Assembly: GCA_027345565.1 (NCBI GenBank)
Contig: DAHWIF010000005.1
Location: forward strand, 6,058-70,057
Length of the DNA: 64,000 nucleotides
Direction: 5' to 3'
Source of the DNA: Candidatus Micrarchaeota archaeon
GTDB taxonomy: Archaea > Micrarchaeota > Micrarchaeia > Micrarchaeales > Micrarchaeaceae
The notes under the pieces are model-generated. The model had not been told where the DNA came from and made no database searches. It saw only the letters and a program-made list of their open reading frames with translations. The position numbers and the translations under genes were made by a program. Positions 26,276 through 33,126 of this stretch are shown in pieces (position 1 is the stretch's first letter; the number at the start of each line of letters is the position of its first letter).

Positions 26276-28972
26276 TCACCCTAGCGTTGTATCAAGGCCT
26301 ACGGCCCGCGGCATGCCCTGCAGGTAGAGCTGTTGTATCTGGTATTGTGAAAGCGATGTATTGTATATCTGCGCATCCGCAACCCCGGCAGTGCAGCTTC
26401 CGATAGACCAACTTGACTGCTGCAGGTTCTGCGTTGTTGATAAGGACAGCGTATTCGAGACTCCGTCCAGCGACACGGCGTACTTGCCGTTAGAATAGCC
26501 GAGCGTAACGAAGCTCCATCTGTTTAGGGGCACACTGAGCTGGCTGTATACCGGGGTTTGAACGCTGGTAGCCGTGCTGGCACCGAGATATCCGCTCTGA
26601 TTTATAATGAGATTGAATCCGTCACCATCTGCGCCCTGGCTCCCAATGGACGCCACGTAGCATAAAGAGACTGAATTGAAGCTGATCGGGTATACCCACG
26701 CAGCGACAGTCTTCGGTCCGGATCCGAGTATGGAGTTAGGTGCGTCTGGTATATCCACACCGGTTCCTTGGAAGGAGAACGCGGCAAGCTGCTGGCCCAC
26801 TTTAGCAGTGTTGTTGTAGCTTATTGAGTTGAATGCCACATCTATCGCATTTGATGATGCGTATGCATGGTTTGCATAGTTGTTCGCGTTGCCATTTAGC
26901 GGCCACCAGGCTTGGATGCCCTGGCCCTGCAGCGGTACAGAGGTCAGGCCTTGGGAATACATTGTTGCTACCTGGCCCGCAGTGAGCGACCCATTGTATA
27001 TCTGCACGTTGGCTATCGTCCCGTTGAAGACGTAATTTAGTCCGGAGTATTCCCCTATATACTCCTCGGATGAGCTTCCTGGAGCTATCGCTGTGCGGTA
27101 GCTTCCTGCGAGGGTGCCGTTCACATATATGTCAAGCACGTTGCCGTTATATGTGCCTGCAACGAAATACCATGTGTTGAGATTAGGCGTTGTCGGATCA
27201 CAGACCCTCAGTGTGTTTACCCCTATCTTAAACATATATGCAGTCGGGTTGCTCACCTGGTTATCACAGTTCGAATCGCTTTCAAGAAGCATGATGTGAT
27301 TATTGCTTACCGGGTTCCCGCTCTCTATGACTTCGTTCTTGTAGCTGTTCAGGTGCACCCATGCGGCTATGGTGAAGTAAGGGAGGCTGAGCCCTGCTGA
27401 TTGTATGAAGCTGGTTGCTCCGTTGAAATTTGCTGCGTTGAATGCGGTGTTCGATGTGACCGGCAGGTACACCGCCTTAGCCTGTCCGGTCCCTATCACA
27501 AGAGAGCCGACGTCCCCCTTGCCGCTGAAGTCAGGCACGCTCAATCCATCGTTTACGCTAAGCGGCCACCACCCCGCCAGGTCGTTTGCCGTGGTAAGGT
27601 TCCCATTGAATGGTTCCGCGTATATCGTAGCATTGCCCGAGAAACCGTTAGCCGTAAGCAGCGTGCTCTGCTGCCCGGTCGATGTGGTGTTGGCTGCCAC
27701 GCTGTTAGAACCGCCAAGCAGGTAGTTTGAGGTGAAGAAGCCCATCGGCACATGCGGAGCCGCCACGCCTCCAAGTGTTGATACGCTGGCCAGCGTGTCC
27801 ACCGAGTACTGATACGATATATCATTCGCCGCCCCGTTGTTGCCGTAGCCGCTGTAATCGTTCGCGTTGCCGTTGAGCGGCCACCATCCCACCAGGTTGC
27901 CAAGGCTAGCCGGAGGCGCGGCGGCCGGCCCCAGCGAGTATATCTGGCCGATCTGGTTTGCAGGCAGCGAGGCGTTGTAGATCTGCGCGTTTATCACATA
28001 TCCGTTAAGGTAAGTGGCGTTCGCGGGCGATCCTCCTATTATCACATTGGCAGACCCTGTTATGCTTACTCCTGGGCTGGATGTGGCTACCGACAATCCA
28101 TCGACGTACAGCTCCGCAATCCCAGAGCTCTTGTTATACGTTGCAGCTATATCGTACAGAGCGCCAGGGACTATCGAGTTCTGGCCGATTAGCTTAAACG
28201 CCCCTCCCCAGTTTATCAGGAATATCGGGGCGCCGCCGTTCGTTATTGAAAGCATGAATGGCTGCGCCGCAGCGCTAATCTCACCGATTACTGGGTTGTC
28301 GAGATAGGGCGTTGTTGAACCTGTATTCAGGCTTTTCAGCTCAACCCACGCATCGAGCGTTATGCTGTTGCCTATCGTGAGTACGCTGTTTGACTGGACG
28401 CTGATCAAGCTGTTTGCTCCGTTGAAATACGGTGCAGCAACGGAGCCTGGCTGCGAAAGCACAGGCGGCCCGGCTAGGCTCGCAGGCTGTGGGGATGGGA
28501 CATCGATGAATATGCTGCCGCCAGCATTCGCCACCTTGACATAGCCGGTATAGATAGGTATCCTGTATACGTTTATCCCGTTGCCGCTAGATACGAGCGT
28601 GCCGTTTATGTAGAGGTTGCGCGCGCTGCTCTGGGCTATTCCGGTTATGATTTCCTTCCCAACCGTCGTATTGGCTATTACTAGCCCTGTTGTTGATATC
28701 GATATGTTATAAGATACAAGGCCTATGCCAGCGCTTAGCGGCACGAATGCGGAATAGCCGCTGCCGGCCTGCAGCGCCTGGTTTATGTAGCTCGCTACGC
28801 TCTGGGATATGAGCTGCATTACAGATGCCTGTTGCGCAGCGAGCGCAACCGATCTCTCGTTCGCTATCAGGGCGAATACAACAATGAATACAATCAGCAC
28901 TATTGCATATATTATCATGAATTCTAGAGCTATCTGCGACCTCGCGCCAGCATGCCGCCACCGCCCCCCCAT
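26276..28972 (-). CDS. Prepilin-like N-terminus plus triple LamG/concanavalin-like array (898 aa)
   Basis: The ORF opens at 29056, but ATG 28972 gives MGGRWRHAGARS|QIALEFMIIYAIVLIVFIVVFALI (Q at +1, E at +5) and leaves a 92-nt divergent promoter region. There are three WWPL linkers: VGWWPLNGNANDYSGYGNNG, AGWWPLSVNDGLSVPDFSGKGDVG and QAWWPLNGNANNYANH. Confidence 0.8.
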   Translation of the reverse strand: MGGRWRHAGARSQIALEFMIIYAIVLIVFIVVFALIANERSVALAAQQASVMQLISQSVASYINQALQAGSGYSAFVPLSAGIGLVSYNISISTTGLVIANTTVGKEIITGIAQSSARNLYINGTLVSSGNGINVYRIPIYTGYVKVANAGGSIFIDVPSPQPASLAGPPVLSQPGSVAAPYFNGANSLISVQSNSVLTIGNSITLDAWVELKSLNTGSTTPYLDNPVIGEISAAAQPFMLSITNGGAPIFLINWGGAFKLIGQNSIVPGALYDIAATYNKSSGIAELYVDGLSVATSSPGVSITGSANVIIGGSPANATYLNGYVINAQIYNASLPANQIGQIYSLGPAAAPPASLGNLVGWWPLNGNANDYSGYGNNGAANDISYQYSVDTLASVSTLGGVAAPHVPMGFFTSNYLLGGSNSVAANTTSTGQQSTLLTANGFSGNATIYAEPFNGNLTTANDLAGWWPLSVNDGLSVPDFSGKGDVGSLVIGTGQAKAVYLPVTSNTAFNAANFNGATSFIQSAGLSLPYFTIAAWVHLNSYKNEVIESGNPVSNNHIMLLESDSNCDNQVSNPTAYMFKIGVNTLRVCDPTTPNLNTWYFVAGTYNGNVLDIYVNGTLAGSYRTAIAPGSSSEEYIGEYSGLNYVFNGTIANVQIYNGSLTAGQVATMYSQGLTSVPLQGQGIQAWWPLNGNANNYANHAYASSNAIDVAFNSISYNNTAKVGQQLAAFSFQGTGVDIPDAPNSILGSGPKTVAAWVYPISFNSVSLCYVASIGSQGADGDGFNLIINQSGYLGASTATSVQTPVYSQLSVPLNRWSFVTLGYSNGKYAVSLDGVSNTLSLSTTQNLQQSSWSIGSCTAGVADAQIYNTSLSQYQIQQLYLQGMPRAVGLDTTLG

Positions 28973-28997
28973 TGAACCTTCTACTAAATCAATGGCA

Positions 28998-29044
28998 AAT
29001 AATAAATAGTCTTGTTGGGACGCAGAAGGAATCAGAATAAATAG
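28998..29044. promoter_or_regulatory. Divergent promoter pair: two AATAAATAG TATA-like boxes
   Basis: AATAATAAATAG at 28998-29009 lies 26 nt from the minus-strand ATG at 28972. AATAAATAG at 29036-29044 lies 21 nt from the plus-strand ATG at 29065. Both arrangements imply leaderless transcripts. Confidence 0.4.
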
Positions 29045-29064
29045 TTTGGCTGCCATAAAGCATC

Positions 29065-31188
29065 ATGGAGATAGCCTCGTTAAAAGGGAAAATCCCCTCC
29101 GAAATCATAGAGTCGATGGATAAGCGCGGCATCGCTAGGCTCACCCCGCCGCAAGAGGCAGCGATAAAGGCGGGACTGCTAGAGTATGAGAACCTGGTTG
29201 TAGCTTCGCCGACCGCGAGCGGCAAGACCCTCATCGCAGAGATAGCGTGCATGAGATCGATACTCGCAAAAAGGCAGAAAGCGGTCTATGTAGCCCCTAT
29301 GCGCGCGCTGGTAACCGAGAAGTTCAACGAATTCCGCGAAGCATATCCGTACATAAAGGCCGCTATGTCTATAGGGGACCTCGATGCGAACGACCAATGG
29401 CTCGCTGATTACGAGATGCTATTTGTTTCTACAGAGAAGTTCGACAGCCTCATGCGCCACGGGATATCGTGGGCCAGCGGTGTCGGGTGCTTCGTCTTCG
29501 ACGAGGTGCACATGCTCGGGGACATGTCGAGGGGGCCGACGCTTGAGATACTCATAACGAAGCTGCGCCTGCAGTCCAGCGCGCAGATTATAGCGTTAAG
29601 CGCAACTGTCGGCAACGCAAAGGAGATAGCGAAGTGGCTAGATGCGAAAGCAATAGAGAGCGACTACAGGCCGGTAAAGCTCAACAAGGGGGTGATCTGC
29701 AACAACCGCGTATATTATGATAGCGAAGAAGCGGACGAGCCCAGAGAGAGCGCTCCTCTCAACGGCACGAGCAGGCTGCCTGAGCTGAGGCTGATCGAGG
29801 ATACGATACGGCAGGGCAAGCAGGCGCTCGTCTTCTACTCGACGAGGAGAAACGCGGAAGGGGGCGCGAAAAGGATAGCAGAATCGCTCTCTGGCATGCT
29901 CGTAAGGGGCGACTCTGCGGTGCTCGATTCGTTGAGCAGGAAGGTGCTTGGGGCGCTCGACAGGCCTACGGAGCAGTGCGTGAAGCTGTCGAAGCTGATA
30001 AAATCAGGGGTGGCATTCCACCATGCGGGCCTCCTCAACGTGCAGAGGAACGCGATCGAGGAGGCGTTCAGGTCCAATGCGATAAAGGTGATATGCGCTA
30101 CGACGACTCTTGCCTACGGGGTGAACCTGCCTGCGCACACGGTGCTGCTCAAGGACATCCACAGGTACGAGAACTCTTCGAGTGGGATGATGGGAGTGAA
30201 CGAGGTGACGCAGATATTCGGGCGCGCCGGCAGGCCAAAGTACGATACGGAGGGGCGAGCGCTAATCATAGCCGCCAACATGGAGCGGATGAAGGAACTT
30301 TACAGGGACTACATAATAGCCAAGCCAGAGCCAATAGACTCTGCGCTCGGGGTTGTCCCTGTGCTGAGGTCGCATGTGCTCTCCCTAATCGCTACCAACT
30401 TCATCAGCTCCAAGGAGTCGATGAACTCCTTCTTCAGCAAGACCTTCTACGGGCTCCAGTATAATAACATGGGCCATATGCACCGTGTTATAGATGAGGT
30501 GCTGCACGACCTCAAGAGGTGGGAGATGATAAAGAGCGACGGCAGGTCGTACGTTGCCACAAAGCTTGGCAGCAGGGTGAGCGAGCTCTATATAGACCCG
30601 CTCTCGGCGAAATGGATGGTAGACTCTATCAGCAACGTCTACGACAGCCTCGACGTCCTTTTCATGATATCGAATACGTTGGAGATGAGGCCCTACGTGC
30701 GTGTTACCGCGGACGCCGAAGGTCATTACGCCGCTTACCTCCAGACGCACAAAAGGCTGATGCTGAGGGAGTTTGACCCCATGGACTATGGGAATTATGA
30801 ACCAGAAGGTGCATTCAGCACAGCGCTGATGCTGAACGATTGGACCGAGGAGATGAAGGAGCCTGAGATAGTCGAGAAGTACTCGTCAACACCCGGGGCT
30901 CTTTACACGAAGATAACGAACGCGGACTGGCTGATATACTCTGCGATAGAGCTCTCAAAGATACTGAATGTGCCTTATAGAAAACTCATAGAGATGCGAG
31001 TCAGGCTGCGCTACGGCATAAAGGAGGAGCTGTTAGACCTTGTCAGGCTGCAGCAGGTAGGGCGCGTCAGGGCGAGGACCCTATACATGAACGGGATAAG
31101 GAGCGTGAGCGACGTGCGCAATAACAGGGTAAAGGTGGTAAGCCTGCTTGGCAAGGAAACTGCCGATAAAGTGCTCTCGCAGGTATAG
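29065..31188 (+). CDS. hel308: Ski2-like DNA helicase Hel308
   Basis: Helicase motifs present: SPTASGKTLIAE (I), FDEVH (II), LSATVGN (III), VAFHHAGL, ATTTLAYGVNLPA, and QIFGRAGRP (VI). The 707-aa product has the C-terminal winged-helix/ratchet length typical of Hel308. Confidence 0.9.
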   Translation: MEIASLKGKIPSEIIESMDKRGIARLTPPQEAAIKAGLLEYENLVVASPTASGKTLIAEIACMRSILAKRQKAVYVAPMRALVTEKFNEFREAYPYIKAAMSIGDLDANDQWLADYEMLFVSTEKFDSLMRHGISWASGVGCFVFDEVHMLGDMSRGPTLEILITKLRLQSSAQIIALSATVGNAKEIAKWLDAKAIESDYRPVKLNKGVICNNRVYYDSEEADEPRESAPLNGTSRLPELRLIEDTIRQGKQALVFYSTRRNAEGGAKRIAESLSGMLVRGDSAVLDSLSRKVLGALDRPTEQCVKLSKLIKSGVAFHHAGLLNVQRNAIEEAFRSNAIKVICATTTLAYGVNLPAHTVLLKDIHRYENSSSGMMGVNEVTQIFGRAGRPKYDTEGRALIIAANMERMKELYRDYIIAKPEPIDSALGVVPVLRSHVLSLIATNFISSKESMNSFFSKTFYGLQYNNMGHMHRVIDEVLHDLKRWEMIKSDGRSYVATKLGSRVSELYIDPLSAKWMVDSISNVYDSLDVLFMISNTLEMRPYVRVTADAEGHYAAYLQTHKRLMLREFDPMDYGNYEPEGAFSTALMLNDWTEEMKEPEIVEKYSSTPGALYTKITNADWLIYSAIELSKILNVPYRKLIEMRVRLRYGIKEELLDLVRLQQVGRVRARTLYMNGIRSVSDVRNNRVKVVSLLGKETADKVLSQV

Positions 31189-31223
31189 GCTTTAAACCTT
31201 TATCTGGTAATACTCCTGTTTCT

Positions 31224-31421
31224 ATGTACGTATCAGAGGGCACAGCAAGGCGCATGCTCAAGGAGGCGGGTGCTAAGAGGGTGAGCAAGGAGGCCTCCTC
31301 GGAGTTCCAGAAGAGGATAAACAGGTATGCGTACGATGTGGGCCAGAAGGCGGTGAAGCTCGCCAACCACGCAAAACGCAAGACCGTGACGGATTCAGAC
31401 ATAAAGCTCGCGGCATACTAG
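31224..31421 (+). CDS. Archaeal histone (HMf family)
   Basis: The 65-aa product has ARRMLKEAGAKRVSKEASSEF..AVKLANHAKRKTVTDSDIKLA, which matches the histone fold and the RKT loop. A TATA-like TTTAAAC lies about 27 nt upstream. Confidence 0.85.
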   Translation: MYVSEGTARRMLKEAGAKRVSKEASSEFQKRINRYAYDVGQKAVKLANHAKRKTVTDSDIKLAAY

Positions 31422-31720
31422 ACGGGCAATCCGAAGAACTTGAGTATTATGAGGGTGCCGACCGCCGGGAGCCCGAAGAGCGCTGTCGGTATCATCGTAG
31501 CCAGCTCTATCGGTATGTCTACGCCGAATATGTAGTATAGCGCAAGGAAGGCGACTATCCCCAATACGCTGTTTATTATTATCCCGAATATCACCTTGAG
31601 TATGAACTTCCCTACCTTGAAGATTATGAAAAGGACCAGGGCTATGAGCGCGGCTATCACTATCTCGCTGAATACCGTTCCGCCTATCCCGAATACCACT
31701 GAACCGGAATAGCTGCTCAT
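31418..31720 (-). CDS. Small integral membrane protein (BofA-like, 3 TM helices)
   Basis: The 100-aa protein is almost entirely hydrophobic helices (IVIAALIALVLFIIF, GIIINSVLGIVAFLALYYIF, LFGLPAVGTLIIL). The family call is tentative. Confidence 0.55.
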   Translation of the reverse strand: MSSYSGSVVFGIGGTVFSEIVIAALIALVLFIIFKVGKFILKVIFGIIINSVLGIVAFLALYYIFGVDIPIELATMIPTALFGLPAVGTLIILKFFGLPV

Positions 31721-31761
31721 TTAAGTAATAAAAATGGTTGCGTTTCCTCTATGCGAAAGGC

Positions 31762-31770
31762 ATATTAATT
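31762..31770 (+). promoter_or_regulatory. TATA-like box for the RNase P RNA gene
   Basis: ATATTAATT ends 23 nt upstream of the predicted RNA 5' end at 31793. Confidence 0.4.
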
Positions 31771-31792
31771 TTCGAGAAGCATATTGCCAATT

Positions 31793-32025
31793 GGTGGCGG
31801 GCGAGCAGCTTACCGAAAGGAGGAAGCTCCTCCCATACAGAGCACATCCTGCCTAAGGCAATATCCGGAACAGAAACGAGACCACTGCCGCGCACAAAGC
31901 GATGACACCACGAGCGCGCGGGTGTGGATGAAACGCGCCGGGGAAATGTGCAGATGAGTATGCAAGGCCTTGAGCCGCTCAGTCAAATGCTGCATAAAAC
32001 AGAAGGAGGGCTACGGCCCGCCACC
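31793..32025 (+). ncRNA. rnpB: RNase P RNA (compact, ~233 nt)
   Basis: P1 pairs GGUGGCGGGC (31793-31802) with GCCCGCCACC (32016-32025). P2 pairs GCAGC with GCUGC. A CR-I-like GGAGGAAGCUCCUCC is present. The 3' strand reads AUAAAACAGAAGGAGGGCUACGG (CR-V ACAGAA). P4 forms as AGC-U-CCUCC / GGAGG-GCU with a bulged U. Internal GGAACAGAAACGAGACCACUGCCG and GCAGAUGAGUAUGCAAGGCC resemble conserved S- and C-domain strings. Confidence 0.85.
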
Positions 32026-32213
32026 ATGTTCATGCTATCGCCTTCCCTTTCCTAAGACGCTCGCCGTGTATGTGAACGCTGCGTCCCATACCGGTCTCCC
32101 AAAGTGCCGGTGCATGCTCTGCCAGCACCTCGGCTACCGCGCCTAATCAAAACTCAAGGCATTTAAGCTCATCTGCATCTCGCCGTTCGTCCTATTGTAC
32201 CACACACTAGAAT

Positions 32214-32843
32214 TCAGCGCCTAAGCCTTCGTAACTTCCTTTCCTCTTCAACCTCCTTGTGGAACGCCTCTATGTGTTCAATATACTCATCGCGTATCTT
32301 TTCACTTTGCTTTTCAAAAAACTTTTTGACGTGCGCGCGCATCGCGTTGCGCACATCCTCCTTGATGCCCTCATTCCCCCCACGTATTTTCTCGTATATC
32401 TCCTTCTTTGATGCCTCCAGCTGGTCTGCCGCTGCGGCTTCATTCACGATGTACCTGGCCCATTGCCCGCTGAGCCCGGCCTCTTCAAGCCTCTTCACCA
32501 TCATGCCCTTTCTCTTTGGGGTAAATGGCGGCATCAGGTTTTGTGATATCTGGTTGATGACCTTGTCGTTGAGTTCATACGCAACCCAAGCCACTGGAGT
32601 CAGCCCTTTCTTGAACAGGTCATAATGGCCTGTGCGCGCAGAGTTCGTCCTTCCAACACCTTTTTTTGAGAACTCCAGCACAAAGAAGCCACACTCCTTG
32701 TAATCCTGCGCAGTTAGGTTTGCGAAGCCGAGCATCCCGAGCGGCACAAGCGAGCCGTTCCGCAGCAGAGCGTGCATTCTTGAATAGAACTGCTCGTCAA
32801 GCTGCCTCTCCTTAACCGAATTTGCGCGATCTAGGCTGTTCAT
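32214..32843 (-). CDS. Hypothetical protein with a highly charged C-terminal helix
   Basis: This is a 209-aa ORF with normal composition. No motif was recognised. The C-terminus is EAFHKEVEEERKLRRLRR. Confidence 0.55.
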   Translation of the reverse strand: MNSLDRANSVKERQLDEQFYSRMHALLRNGSLVPLGMLGFANLTAQDYKECGFFVLEFSKKGVGRTNSARTGHYDLFKKGLTPVAWVAYELNDKVINQISQNLMPPFTPKRKGMMVKRLEEAGLSGQWARYIVNEAAAADQLEASKKEIYEKIRGGNEGIKEDVRNAMRAHVKKFFEKQSEKIRDEYIEHIEAFHKEVEEERKLRRLRR

Positions 32844-32974
32844 CTTAATACATAATTATGCCATCTCCAAAATATTTAAGCATTGCTAAAGTATGCAAAA
32901 TATAGGTGTTTTTTCGCTAATTTGCAAAACGGTCCTGATGGGCTGCATCGGATGCGTGCTGCTCCAGATGGCTT

Positions 32975-33090
32975 TGGAGGGGGCGAGATTTGAACTCGCG
33001 GTCTCTAGATTTCCCGTCACTGCTTTCGCTCCGCACTCAAAATGCTGTGCATATGAGTCTAGCGCTCTAACCAGGCTGAGCTACCCCTCC
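32975..33090 (-). tRNA. tRNA-Met (CAU; could be tRNA-Ile2) with a 41-nt intron at position 37/38
   Basis: The reverse complement reads GGAGGGG-UA-GCUC-AGCCUGGUUA-GAGC-G-CUAGA-CUCAUA[41-nt intron]A-UCUAG-AGACC-GCGAG-UUCAAAU-CUCGC-CCCCUCC-A. The mature length is 75 nt. Confidence 0.9.
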
Positions 33091-33126
33091 TGAAGATAGA
33101 TTGAATAAAAGGGTTAAAAAGCGTGC

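Noticed and set aside
28973-29056. Upstream extension of the 926-aa ORF (MAAKLFILIPSAS...)
   Set aside because: It would leave only 8 nt to the divergent hel308 start and would bury both TATA-like boxes. The prepilin-like N-terminus begins at the internal ATG at 28972.
31810-31995. 61-aa minus-strand ORF
   Set aside because: It lies entirely inside the RNase P RNA gene.
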